64,000 nucleotides of DNA, taken from a phage. The DNA is taken from NCBI GenBank assembly GCA_012646185.1, contig GCA_012646185.1_4706.1. One strand, 5' to 3'. This document shows positions 28,031-37,977 of the stretch, piece by piece. Position 1 is the stretch's first letter; each line of letters starts with the position of its first letter. The position numbers were made by a program, and so were the translations under genes. The notes beneath the pieces are model-generated. The model was not told the DNA's origin and did not search any database. It saw only the letters and a program-made list of their open reading frames with translations.

Positions 28031-30634
28031 TTATAACGTGACTGTACCTAATTTGGTTGTCTTATTGAGATTAATGACAGAGATCTGGGTATCGCTGGTC
28101 GTGATGGTGCCAATATTAACGCGCTGTCCTTTATCATCTTCTTGCTTGTAGATGGTTAACTCCAGTTCTAACTGGTCGCCATTAGGAACAACGGAAACGT
28201 ACCATGTTTTATTACCTGGTGAACTATTATAGTCTTTTAGGTTATAATGACCTTTAGGTAAGGTCATGACCTTACCGGCAAACAAGCAAGTGATGTCTTC
28301 GTTGATGTAGATATCGTAACCGGAAGCAGCAACGACCGTAGAAACCATGTAACGGCTTTTAACAGCGAGAGCTTTATATTCCGCAACGGAATTACCGACA
28401 GCACTAAAGACCTGACCACCATTACCCATCACCGTAGAGACTGCGGTATCAACATAACCGATTCCCCACACTGGATGCACGTTCCAGCGCCAGCCGCTTG
28501 TCTGTAGGTAAGCATACATACCTTCAAATGCGATGGTTGTCCAGTTCCCATCGTTTTGTCGCCCAGCTCGGAACTGGTAGGTGTTCTGGTTCCCTGCAGC
28601 CTGCCGGGAATACGGAACATGTCCCGCAACAAGCCACCCATCACTCACCTTCTTGTAAGCTAATGCACCCCAGGCAGCATACTGACTACCGATAGTTGTT
28701 GTATCGGCTTCCTCGACATAACCCAGCAGTTTGGTTACACCCGTCACCGTAATAGCACCTTTACGTGCGGATACGGTAACTTCCGCAGCGATTCGTCCAT
28801 GTACGCGCGTGCTGTTATTACAGCCAGCAACAAACAGAATACAGGGTGCGTTTGTACCATCTGGAGGTACGGCTAACGCATGCTGCCACTGACTTACCCC
28901 TGATAACTTAGATCCTGTATATGCGTTCCACACGAGCTGTCCGCCTGCTTGCAGGTTGGCTGCGGTTATGCTGACGGCTTCACCGGAAGGTGCGAGTTTG
29001 GTGGCGTCATATCCGATATTACCGGATAAGTTTGAATCGGTTAAATAAGACCCGCTAACTACCGTATTGTCGTCACTTAAATGTACGGTTAGGAAAGGTC
29101 GCGACAACTGACCTGCGCTAACCACCACGTTGTTGGAAGGTGGAAAACCGTAAACGTCTATACCCTCACCTCGATAACGATAGCTAAGGTTCCAATCGTA
29201 GGTCACCAAACGGGCTTCGAAATTACCTTGCCCGCCAGCCGTACGCGAGTTAACGAAAACCTTGTTTTTAGCAAAGAAACCCAGGTAACCATGGGACGCA
29301 AGTGCACCGACGATACGATCGTCAACGCTTTTCCAGTTTGAGTCGTACTGTATTCCACCAGTAGGACCGAGTTTGGCAAGTTCGTCAAACACGTTTCCAG
29401 AGAAACCTCTGATAGTGTACGATCGTGCGTAGGGGGCGGATAAGTTGTCGTTTTGAATCACAGCGACTTGACCACGTTCATCGATTTCAATATTTCCCGT
29501 ACTGTTACCCGAACCCCACTGCCAGAAACCGTCATTATACCCGCTTGTCCCCGCCGTCGTGTTGGAAGGTCCTACCCAGTCTATTCCGCTATCGGTTGAC
29601 ACGTACGTGGATTGTCCAGCACCTGGGTTCATGCTGTAACTGTTGTTGGTGGTTTCAAAATCCAGATAGAACTGATGTACCCCGTTCTTTTGCTGATTTT
29701 TGCGGTTGTTTGTCCACCATGACGAAGCAATCAGAATACGTGCTTTCGTGCCTTTGGTTGCTGCATGCAGACGAATCTGAGCACGCCAGACGATTTGACC
29801 GATCCCGTCAGAAGGGAAATCATTCGTAGTTATGCGGTTGCAGACAATCATCTCGGCACTGTTGCTTATCGCCGTTCCTTCTATCGTTCTACCGCTAATA
29901 TTCGTAAGCTGCGTAGCCGCTACGCTGCCACCGCTGGGACCGATGGAAGATTTAGTTACGGTATAAACATTTAAGTAGAGTTTATAACTGTTAGTGCCAG
30001 CAATAGCGATGTAGATTTTACCGTTAATTTCCCAACAGCAGATATGCGGTGACGTATCAACAAAGTTGGCAAGACTACCATCGAGATACATGGCGACGTG
30101 TTTGGATGCATCAAACGTTCCGTCTGTCAATGCGATAAACATTTTAGGGCTGCTACCGTCTTCAAAAGCAGCTTGACCTAACATGATACCGTTCTGGTGA
30201 CAGTATATCACCGTAGGAATACGATCGAGCGTTGCGGGCTCATAGCGACGGCTGGTTGGAATAACTTCAGTGATCTGTCCGTTTTGATTTGTTTTACAGA
30301 TAACGTAGTAAACCCCTTTCTTTACGCTGTTCGTTGCCGAACGCAGTAACACGATAGTACCGTCGGATTCACGACATACGCCGTAACGACGATAGTCGAC
30401 GGTTAAGGCGATAGCACCATCAGCGGAGCCTTCGATTGCCAGAGGAAAATAACTTTGGTCCCCAACCTGTTCGATATCGGTTACGCCAATATCGATGTAT
30501 TTTTCCATCTCAGTGTTGAACTCAGCGGTACTGTAGGCACCGAGATCGCTCGCGTTTAGTCCCGTTGGATTGTTGCGACTGGCGATACGCGTAGTAACGC
30601 TATTCACCAGCTCGCTGAACTTTTTCATTGCCAT
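28031..30634 (-). CDS. tail fibre / receptor-binding protein (867 aa)
   Basis: N-terminal NNPTGLNASDLGA motif shared with neighbouring fibre genes; Gly/Ser/Thr/Asn-rich beta-type composition; position in fibre cluster. Confidence 0.6.
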   Translation of the reverse strand: MAMKKFSELVNSVTTRIASRNNPTGLNASDLGAYSTAEFNTEMEKYIDIGVTDIEQVGDQSYFPLAIEGSADGAIALTVDYRRYGVCRESDGTIVLLRSATNSVKKGVYYVICKTNQNGQITEVIPTSRRYEPATLDRIPTVIYCHQNGIMLGQAAFEDGSSPKMFIALTDGTFDASKHVAMYLDGSLANFVDTSPHICCWEINGKIYIAIAGTNSYKLYLNVYTVTKSSIGPSGGSVAATQLTNISGRTIEGTAISNSAEMIVCNRITTNDFPSDGIGQIVWRAQIRLHAATKGTKARILIASSWWTNNRKNQQKNGVHQFYLDFETTNNSYSMNPGAGQSTYVSTDSGIDWVGPSNTTAGTSGYNDGFWQWGSGNSTGNIEIDERGQVAVIQNDNLSAPYARSYTIRGFSGNVFDELAKLGPTGGIQYDSNWKSVDDRIVGALASHGYLGFFAKNKVFVNSRTAGGQGNFEARLVTYDWNLSYRYRGEGIDVYGFPPSNNVVVSAGQLSRPFLTVHLSDDNTVVSGSYLTDSNLSGNIGYDATKLAPSGEAVSITAANLQAGGQLVWNAYTGSKLSGVSQWQHALAVPPDGTNAPCILFVAGCNNSTRVHGRIAAEVTVSARKGAITVTGVTKLLGYVEEADTTTIGSQYAAWGALAYKKVSDGWLVAGHVPYSRQAAGNQNTYQFRAGRQNDGNWTTIAFEGMYAYLQTSGWRWNVHPVWGIGYVDTAVSTVMGNGGQVFSAVGNSVAEYKALAVKSRYMVSTVVAASGYDIYINEDITCLFAGKVMTLPKGHYNLKDYNSSPGNKTWYVSVVPNGDQLELELTIYKQEDDKGQRVNIGTITTSDTQISVINLNKTTKLGTVTL

Positions 30635-30646
30635 TATTCACCTCGA

Positions 30647-31132
30647 TTAAATAGGCGAGTCAGGAAGCTGTCCGTCGTCGATTTCAACGGTGCCGATCTT
30701 ACGTGTTGCCGCGAGGTGCACGGTACCCTGAATTTTGTTCCATGTCCCGATACGCATCACGTTTCTGTAATTACTGTTGCTATCTGTTAACGTGTAGGCG
30801 AAACCGCTATCGGTGACAGCAAGATAAACCCAGCCAACAGATTCACTTACACCAGACACATCCAACGTCGTTGCAGGAACAACACCCTCTTTGGTATTGT
30901 ATTCGGCAACACCTTCCGACAAACTTATTCTTCCGTTGTTGTAAGAACCAGACGGTACGATACGATCGCGACTGAAAAAAAGAAAGGGAAGGTAACGCTG
31001 GGTAACAAGCGGTGCAAGTTTAGGAGCCACTTCGGTCTTAACGTAGACATTTGTTTGTGCTGGCGTTACCTCGTGAGGGTTCTTTTGGGTGAGATACGCT
31101 CCCCATTCAGAAAGCAATGTTGATAGCTTCAT
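30647..31132 (-). CDS. tail-fibre-associated protein (161 aa)
   Basis: N-terminal KNPHEVTPAQ fibre-repeat-like motif; within fibre cluster. Confidence 0.5.
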   Translation of the reverse strand: MKLSTLLSEWGAYLTQKNPHEVTPAQTNVYVKTEVAPKLAPLVTQRYLPFLFFSRDRIVPSGSYNNGRISLSEGVAEYNTKEGVVPATTLDVSGVSESVGWVYLAVTDSGFAYTLTDSNSNYRNVMRIGTWNKIQGTVHLAATRKIGTVEIDDGQLPDSPI

Positions 31133-31136
31133 GCGG

Positions 31137-31646
31137 TTACCCCATGTAACGTTTTTGGCCGAGGATGAAGACTTTGTTAAATACCACCGAAGTGATTCCT
31201 GTTGCGTTACAGCTCACCTGCCCGACGCGAATTGCTGTTGACGTATCGACCCCAGCACTACTCTGCCAGATCCAATCGATCGATCCGTCTTTCTGACGAA
31301 TGAAAAGATAACCGGTTTTGTTCGCCCAGTCGGAAGTAAGTTTTTTGATGTCTAGCGTTCCTTTCGCCAGAATATAGTCGGTACCGGCGATCATGACGGG
31401 TATTTCAGGATACGAGATTACCGTACCGCTGGCGGTAACGTTGCTGATGCGATCACTACGAATATCGGTACAGTCACCGAAATACGCTACGGGGAGTATC
31501 CCCTTAGGGAGCTTTTTGCCGATTCTCGTATCGATCGTGTTTTTATCGGGTGCGTCGATTTGCGCTGCAGTGACTTGGTTAGGGTTATCCTTCCTTGCGT
31601 ACCATGCCGTCATGCGAGCACCCAATTCACTCATTTTTGTGCCCAT
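31137..31646 (-). CDS. tail-fibre-associated protein (169 aa)
   Basis: N-terminal KDNPNQVTAAQ motif; first ATG is residue 3 of the track ORF (track start is GTG). Confidence 0.5.
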   Translation of the reverse strand: MGTKMSELGARMTAWYARKDNPNQVTAAQIDAPDKNTIDTRIGKKLPKGILPVAYFGDCTDIRSDRISNVTASGTVISYPEIPVMIAGTDYILAKGTLDIKKLTSDWANKTGYLFIRQKDGSIDWIWQSSAGVDTSTAIRVGQVSCNATGITSVVFNKVFILGQKRYMG

Positions 31647-31655
31647 TTTCACATC

Positions 31656-31697
31656 CTATCGAAAAATAAAAAGAAGGAAAGGTGGGTAGAACCCACC
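31656..31697 (-). terminator. hairpin GGTGGGT-AGA-ACCCACC followed by T-rich tract on minus strand
   Basis: Immediately downstream of the 31704..33857 stop. Confidence 0.6.
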
Positions 31698-31703
31698 CAT
31701 CCG

Positions 31704-33857
31704 TTATAACGTTTCGAAGTCGGTTGCTTTGATAACCGCGTTGAAGTTGGCAAGGAATTCCTTAAGCAATGCTTGGAAGACATCACGAAACGCTGTGTTC
31801 GTCTGCAAGCTGGTTAAATAATCGTTCTTAAGGTAATCGCTCAGCTTACCGATCTTCTGCATCTTCTCGCCGTCTTGGTTCTCTCCAGGTTCTTGGCTGT
31901 TGATGTTAACCCATTTGATCCCTTCGAGATCGCCATCGGCAAGGAAGTTAGCGGGCGTCTCATCGTCGTTCAGGATTTTAATCGTGTCGCTGGATTCAAT
32001 ACCACCGTAAGCTTCCAGAAGCTGGTTGACTGTTAGCTTATTAGTGTTGATTGAACCATTGACACCATCGATACCGATGCCTGCACCTGTGATGGATGTC
32101 GCCGAAAGATCGATTGGTCCGGTTAACTTACCCCCGTTGATCGGTAACGCACCAACTTGCTCTGCGGTGTGTGTATGGTCAGCTAACGCCGCAAACGCCG
32201 TGATAGACTTATATGTCGAATACGGCGTCATATACGCTGATTGGTTGGTGTTGTCAGCCGCTTCAGTATCGGTAGCGACATTAAAGTTCTGCACGTTGCT
32301 GAGACCGACCTGCACCTTCGTTACTTCATGCGGGTTGTTCTTATTGACAACGTGTGCTGCAAAACCGTCACCGGCTAAAGCAGTGATTGCCGCTTTTGTC
32401 GCAGCCGGTGTCATATAGCGGTTGGTTGCTTCACCCGTTTGCGCCTCTTCGTCGGAAGCAACAGGATAGTTCTCAACGCTCCCCAACCCAACCTGAGATT
32501 TTGTTACTTGGTGTGGGTTTTCGGTATTCGCAATATGACTACTGAACCCTTGACCCGCCAGTTGCTCGATTGCGTAACGAACAAGTATTGGCGTCATGTA
32601 CTTGTTGTTAACCTGACCATCGATAGCTTCTTGGGTGGTGGCAACCCCGAAGTTTTGCACGCTCCCCAACCCAACTTGCGCTTTCGTAACAGCGTGAGGG
32701 TTATTGGTGTTACCGATGTGATCGGTAACCGTTGGGGTGATTAATCCTGCGATAGCGGCTGCCGTGGTCGCAGGGGTCATGTATTTATCGTTAGCAACAC
32801 CCGCAGCAGCTTCTACGTTAGATGCTACACCGTAGTTCAATACATTTCCTAACCCAACTTGAGCCTTGGTTACCCCGTGGGGGTTGTTCCTGTCTCCGGT
32901 ATGGGTTGTCAACGTAGCGTTGACATGATCGATACGCGTACTTAAGCCGTCGGTGATTGCTTTGATTGCGGCTCGTACACCCGCTGGTGTTGTGTACAGA
33001 TTGGTGGCCGTACCGGTAATGGTTGCATTACTATCGGCTGTACCGTAGTTCTCAACGTTTCCGAGTCCCACCTGGGCTTTCGTTACCTTGTGTGGGTTGT
33101 TATAGTTGCTGATGTGTGCAGCAGCACTATCACCACTCAGGTTAGCGATCATCTTACGCGTCATCGCCAACGTCATGTACAGATTTTCACCGATGGTTTC
33201 CAGATCGCTCTCGGTCGCCGTTGTGAAGTTCTGAACATTCCCCAAACCAACTTGTGCCTTGGTTACGCCATGTGGGTTATCGCGACGATTCTCGTGCTGC
33301 AGCAATGCGGTCATTGCTTTATTGAACCCTTCTTCAAGCGGTTCTTTCAATGATTCGATTGCAGCCACCACATCGTCCCACGTCATTGTGTCGGTTTCGA
33401 CATTATGTTGGTGGTTGATTGGCGGGAATACGGAAGGAACGTCAGCAACCTTTTCCCAGAACGTAACGCGGGGATCGTAAAGGTTGTTGGCTAAAACGTT
33501 AAGAATTTGTTGTTGATCAAGTGTAAACTCACCCCCCAGTGAATAGTAGTTCAGTTGCAACTGTCCACTGAATGCGGTGTCCAACAGCATGATGGAACCG
33601 TATAATTCCAGGCCGGTCAGCGCAGCCATGGCACGGAAGGGGTGAGTGCATAAAAAGTCAACGCCTTCTTCCAGATACGCGTTTGTTTCAGGGTTGTAGA
33701 TCTTTAACCCATTACGAAAATAGGGTGCGTATTTAGGAACGAGAAAGTTAAATCCGGTCCCCGTGGAAGGACGGACAGTGACGAGTTCTTCTGGAACCCA
33801 TGCGCCATCCAAATTCCCCTGCGGGTTATACGGAAGGCGTTTAATTTCATCTGTCAT
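31704..33857 (-). CDS. tail fibre protein with phage fibre repeats (717 aa)
   Basis: At least six copies of NPHxVTKAQVGLGNVxNF repeat. Confidence 0.85.
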   Translation of the reverse strand: MTDEIKRLPYNPQGNLDGAWVPEELVTVRPSTGTGFNFLVPKYAPYFRNGLKIYNPETNAYLEEGVDFLCTHPFRAMAALTGLELYGSIMLLDTAFSGQLQLNYYSLGGEFTLDQQQILNVLANNLYDPRVTFWEKVADVPSVFPPINHQHNVETDTMTWDDVVAAIESLKEPLEEGFNKAMTALLQHENRRDNPHGVTKAQVGLGNVQNFTTATESDLETIGENLYMTLAMTRKMIANLSGDSAAAHISNYNNPHKVTKAQVGLGNVENYGTADSNATITGTATNLYTTPAGVRAAIKAITDGLSTRIDHVNATLTTHTGDRNNPHGVTKAQVGLGNVLNYGVASNVEAAAGVANDKYMTPATTAAAIAGLITPTVTDHIGNTNNPHAVTKAQVGLGSVQNFGVATTQEAIDGQVNNKYMTPILVRYAIEQLAGQGFSSHIANTENPHQVTKSQVGLGSVENYPVASDEEAQTGEATNRYMTPAATKAAITALAGDGFAAHVVNKNNPHEVTKVQVGLSNVQNFNVATDTEAADNTNQSAYMTPYSTYKSITAFAALADHTHTAEQVGALPINGGKLTGPIDLSATSITGAGIGIDGVNGSINTNKLTVNQLLEAYGGIESSDTIKILNDDETPANFLADGDLEGIKWVNINSQEPGENQDGEKMQKIGKLSDYLKNDYLTSLQTNTAFRDVFQALLKEFLANFNAVIKATDFETL
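32180..33305. repeat. about six tandem ~183-bp coding repeats (fibre repeat)
   Basis: Periodic recurrence of the repeat at the DNA level, similar to 26520..27420. Confidence 0.7.
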
Positions 33858-33961
33858 GATGCGCCCTTTACAAGTTGTTAGTAAGTATGGGATACCCTGG
33901 GGTATCCTGTGTTAACAGCGGTAAAATATTACTGTAACTATAAAATAAGGGGGCCTCTCCC

Positions 33962-35242
33962 ATGTATACATTGGTAAAAACTTACGGGTTACCCGTAGGT
34001 TCTGGCACGGCCTGGACAGCGCTTGAGGCGGGTGAAAGTGTCCTGAGTACGTTGTTCTCAACGTATCAAAAACTCAAGATCCAGGTCCATGAAAGCTATG
34101 CTGACCAGCAACAAGTTATTGATCTGTACGCGTTCCAATCCGAGCTTCAAAACAGTAGAGATACGCTTAATGCGTGGCTGAAGGCGAAATCGGATGCGCA
34201 TACCAACCTTCGAGGACAGCCTGGTGAACTGTCGATTAAAACCCACAAGCTTTATTGTCATGACGTTGTTACTGTAGGCTTTCTCCCTAAAGTCGGTAAT
34301 AGCGGTTATCATCCGAGCAACGCGATCCCTGAGTCGGAACGCACCGATATCCTGTTGACGAAAGCGAATACGAATTACGAAAATATCGGCAAACACTGCC
34401 TGTTCACCGTAGGTGGTTATGTTCATCCTCACGTCTACGGTAAAGACGTTGGTGTCTATATCCAGGGCGGGTTCAAGACGGCACAGCGTAGCCAAGAAAA
34501 CGATATCGGCATGATTGATTTTAGCCGTATCGGGAGTTTGGAAATCCATGCTATCACAGAAGAGATGATTGCTGATTCCACGAAGCTCTTGCCGTATAAG
34601 GACGAGATGTACTTGCGGTTACCGCGCAAGGTCGCCGAAGATGAAACCGTCGCGCTGGTGTTCGGGGGATATTTACATCTTCTTGACGATTGTTACACGA
34701 TCGTTAGTGACACGACAGCGAAAATAAACTGCATTAACATGTTTCTTTATGAAAGATACTTCCGTTCCCGCAAATACCTTGATCTAACATCTCTTGGTAT
34801 TCTGTTGAACGAAGAAGACCCACAGTCTGACATTGTTGCCAATCGTTTATTGTCGGATAAAGCATTAAAAGCGTGGGTGACGCATCCTTGCAGTTTCTGG
34901 GTGTATATCAAAGCAACATCGATTCAGGTTACGCAAGAACCCTTACCACGAAGTGGTGTACCAGGACAATATTTCTTAGGTAAGAAACCGGAAGGATTGA
35001 TTCGAGCTGATCTCGGCGAGTTACCGGCTTACGTGCAGACCTATGAAAAACCGTTATGGGTACTTCACTCGCGCTGGGGACTTCGTAAGAATATGTTGTT
35101 TGAAAATACGTTGTACAAACATACCCGCGTTAAGCGACTTAACGATACGCCTTATCTTCACCAGGTTTGGTTGGAAACGCATGCAACGTTGCAGACAGTA
35201 CACAAGCTCGAATTGATCGATTCCAGTCAGAAAAACAAATAA
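33962..35242 (+). CDS. hypothetical protein (426 aa)
   Basis: ATG with AAGGGGG SD; followed by conserved hairpin. Confidence 0.6.
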   Translation: MYTLVKTYGLPVGSGTAWTALEAGESVLSTLFSTYQKLKIQVHESYADQQQVIDLYAFQSELQNSRDTLNAWLKAKSDAHTNLRGQPGELSIKTHKLYCHDVVTVGFLPKVGNSGYHPSNAIPESERTDILLTKANTNYENIGKHCLFTVGGYVHPHVYGKDVGVYIQGGFKTAQRSQENDIGMIDFSRIGSLEIHAITEEMIADSTKLLPYKDEMYLRLPRKVAEDETVALVFGGYLHLLDDCYTIVSDTTAKINCINMFLYERYFRSRKYLDLTSLGILLNEEDPQSDIVANRLLSDKALKAWVTHPCSFWVYIKATSIQVTQEPLPRSGVPGQYFLGKKPEGLIRADLGELPAYVQTYEKPLWVLHSRWGLRKNMLFENTLYKHTRVKRLNDTPYLHQVWLETHATLQTVHKLELIDSSQKNK

Positions 35243-35252
35243 CCAAACATAA

Positions 35253-35284
35253 CCCTCCTCCTTCCCTTACGGGTTGGAGGAGGG
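35253..35284. terminator. conserved CT/GA hairpin (CCCTCCTCCTTCCC-TTAC-GGGTTGGAGGAGGG)
   Basis: Archetype of the hairpin family; between convergent gene ends. Confidence 0.6.
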
Positions 35285-35293
35285 CATATGCTG

Positions 35294-36199
35294 TTATGCT
35301 ACATATAACGTTAGATAACCATCGATGAGCGTATTCATCACACTGAGTTGGAGTACGACAGCTTTACTAACATCCGTACGTACACCGAACGGTAGTGTTT
35401 TGAATTGCTCTGGATCGGCTATTACTCTCGCGTTCTGCAAGTTGAGTGGTCCAGGCATTGACGACAATACCCAGCGATCGTTGACCATAAGGCCGTCGAT
35501 CTCTTCAGAGAGACCCAATTGCAGTGTGTTCATTTCTGCGATTAGTGCCTCCGATTGCGTATCGCCTGAGGTTAATGTGTACCCATCGGTAAGTGATGCC
35601 AGAACACCAGCAGATACGAACCAGTTGTACGAAACAATAGCGCCTGGGAGTTTACTGCTATCTCGATCGATGATATAATTCAACCCAGCCAACATATTGT
35701 TGCGAACGAGGTTGTTGAGGTCGTTATGTCCTGAGGTTAACTCAACAAGTAACTGACCAACCCATACTTGGTTACCAGGTTTAGGTGTTATCACAACCTG
35801 TATCGGTGACTTGGACTTATCCAGATCCGCGTCGACAATCTCGGTTTTGTTGAGAAGGATACCGTACGTCGATGCTAAGACAGGTAGGATCTCAGAGACC
35901 TTGGTTAATGCATCTAAGGTTTCGATCTCGATGGGCCAGTGGTGCTGTCCGCCAGGCCAAGTACCCAGTTTACCAAGATCGATGCGGTTATAATAGATGT
36001 CGACAGAGTTCACCAGCCCTGAACCCGGTTGGGGATGCACGGTTAACTTGCTGTTACGCTTGTACCCTGTGCTTTCAGAAGCCTCACCGATAACCAGTTT
36101 ATCCAGCGTTACGCCTCGAGCATCGAAATCGCTATGCTTTCGAATCAGCCGAAAGAGGATTTCTTTCGATTCTAACCCCAGGATTTCACTGTACTCCAT
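35294..36199 (-). CDS. virion-type protein, paralog-family member (301 aa)
   Basis: AAGGGGTG SD; YKRN...YYNRIDLG...STYGILL motifs shared with paralogs. Confidence 0.6.
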   Translation of the reverse strand: MEYSEILGLESKEILFRLIRKHSDFDARGVTLDKLVIGEASESTGYKRNSKLTVHPQPGSGLVNSVDIYYNRIDLGKLGTWPGGQHHWPIEIETLDALTKVSEILPVLASTYGILLNKTEIVDADLDKSKSPIQVVITPKPGNQVWVGQLLVELTSGHNDLNNLVRNNMLAGLNYIIDRDSSKLPGAIVSYNWFVSAGVLASLTDGYTLTSGDTQSEALIAEMNTLQLGLSEEIDGLMVNDRWVLSSMPGPLNLQNARVIADPEQFKTLPFGVRTDVSKAVVLQLSVMNTLIDGYLTLYVA

Positions 36200-36214
36200 T
36201 TAACACCCCTTAGG

Positions 36215-37099
36215 TTACGGTAGGATTTCTGCGCCCGTCGGGCCTGCCTTACGAGCTTCCAACGCACCAAGGTCGTATTTCAGCGTCAGCGTATCGTTGG
36301 TGGTATAAAGGTTGTGGTAAGTCGAAATCAGATCGGTAACCTGCGCGCCGACGATTTCGTTCATGTCGAAGGCTGAACCTTGACCATCATCAGCACGAAC
36401 GATTTTATCGCCAGCAGAGACCATCCCAATTTCAGAAATAACCGCGTACTCTTCACCACCTTCGGTGAGTTTAGCTACATTGAGATATTCGTTAATATCC
36501 CACGGCGTCCAAACCAAAGAGACTTTACAGCTGTAGTCGTAGTACTCTCCGGTTGCTACCAGAATTCCGGTTGTTGGGATATCCGGTCGGGCAGGGTTGA
36601 GGTTCGCGTCGGTTGGGTGCCATTCGATGGTCTGAGCGACGCCGTCGACGTATTTGGTATAACGCATGGAGCGGACAACGTTATCGAAATCGATCCGGCG
36701 ACCGTAATAACAGATATACTTTTTACCGCTTTCCAGTGTCTCAATACGACGTAACCCAAATTTAGCGCGTTCGTCTGTGGTCAAATCGTTACCAACTTCA
36801 CGCATTACGAAAGGCTTGATTTTCCACGGTGAAAGATCGCTTGCTTCGTGAGCGATCGGCATCGAGGAAGGGATACCGTTAGCGTTGCGGATGAATTCAT
36901 GACCTTGGTTGCCGATACAGAAGTAACGTACAGCAGGATTACCCTCGGGGTAAACCTTTGATTGAATCTGAAGTTTTTCATTCAAGGTGCTGTGTTCTTC
37001 CCATGCATGAGGAAGACCGAGCGTAAGGTTAGTTTGTACTTGACCGCCGATAATCGTACGGACGATACGATCGGTAGCACGGATTTGTGTAGAAGCCAT
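36215..37099 (-). CDS. hypothetical structural-module protein (294 aa)
   Basis: ATG with AGGAAAAG SD; only weak similarity to the flanking paralogs. Confidence 0.6.
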   Translation of the reverse strand: MASTQIRATDRIVRTIIGGQVQTNLTLGLPHAWEEHSTLNEKLQIQSKVYPEGNPAVRYFCIGNQGHEFIRNANGIPSSMPIAHEASDLSPWKIKPFVMREVGNDLTTDERAKFGLRRIETLESGKKYICYYGRRIDFDNVVRSMRYTKYVDGVAQTIEWHPTDANLNPARPDIPTTGILVATGEYYDYSCKVSLVWTPWDINEYLNVAKLTEGGEEYAVISEIGMVSAGDKIVRADDGQGSAFDMNEIVGAQVTDLISTYHNLYTTNDTLTLKYDLGALEARKAGPTGAEILP

Positions 37100-37115
37100 G
37101 TCTTTTCCTATTTAA

Positions 37116-37967
37116 TCAGTTATATTGCATCAACAGGATACCGCCGTAGTTCGTGCAGTAATCTTGGCTAAGCGTAACGATAACAGCGTTAGCGAACGCA
37201 GGGTTAACCGGATAACCCTGTGCGATAAGTTCTGTTGTTTTACCGGTTGCAAGCACGGTGGCTCCGTAAAGGTTGTTTTCGTCTTCACGGCCGTTATAAA
37301 CCCATGGGGTTGGCGCAACGTTGTTGAATAAGCTAACCATTGCGCTTAAATTACCGCCAACTTTTAACCCGGCGAGATCGGAACGGATAGCCGTACAGTC
37401 TATAGCGTAACTGTAGACCAGTGCCTGGATACGATTTGCGGTGTAGTACGGGAAATTGAGGCCGGTCATCACCGTGGACTTCATCATCCCCGCAACATCG
37501 TGGGCACTATCGAGGAGATAGAACGTAACACTTCCCGTCCAAGCCAATCCGGTTGTTTTCAACTCTACGGTGTGAGGGAACGGATATTCATCACCTCGTA
37601 CAATCGGAGAATCGACGCAGCTATCCTGATCGATAACGATTCCGTACGTTGATTGAATCAGAGGGATAAGATCGTGCGTCGTTTTAACCCCAGCATCGAT
37701 AGCAAGCTTCGGTTCCATTCCCAAGAAGAAGTCTTGGATAGGGATACGATCGTACCACACGTAGCTGCTTTCACGGTATTGTGCTGGTGTTACTGTTGCC
37801 GAAGGTGATACCTTAGCGCGTGTGTTCCGTTTATACGCGTGGTTTCCGTTTTCAGCAACATCCGTGATATCAAGTGCATCGAAGTTAAAGTCGAAGTCAG
37901 GATTGGCTGCCTGAATAAGTTCAGCGACCAGTACTTTAGGACTTTTGTTTAACAATTTCTGACTCAT
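37116..37967 (-). CDS. virion-type protein, paralog-family member (283 aa)
   Basis: AAGGA SD; YKRN...WYDRIPI...STYGIVI...LAWTGSV motifs. Confidence 0.6.
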   Translation of the reverse strand: MSQKLLNKSPKVLVAELIQAANPDFDFNFDALDITDVAENGNHAYKRNTRAKVSPSATVTPAQYRESSYVWYDRIPIQDFFLGMEPKLAIDAGVKTTHDLIPLIQSTYGIVIDQDSCVDSPIVRGDEYPFPHTVELKTTGLAWTGSVTFYLLDSAHDVAGMMKSTVMTGLNFPYYTANRIQALVYSYAIDCTAIRSDLAGLKVGGNLSAMVSLFNNVAPTPWVYNGREDENNLYGATVLATGKTTELIAQGYPVNPAFANAVIVTLSQDYCTNYGGILLMQYN

Positions 37968-37977
37968 TGTTTATTCC

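Noticed and set aside
34058-34549. 163-aa minus-strand ORF inside the 33962..35242 gene
   Set aside because: Embedded antisense ORF without SD; the plus-strand gene has a strong SD and is followed by the family hairpin.
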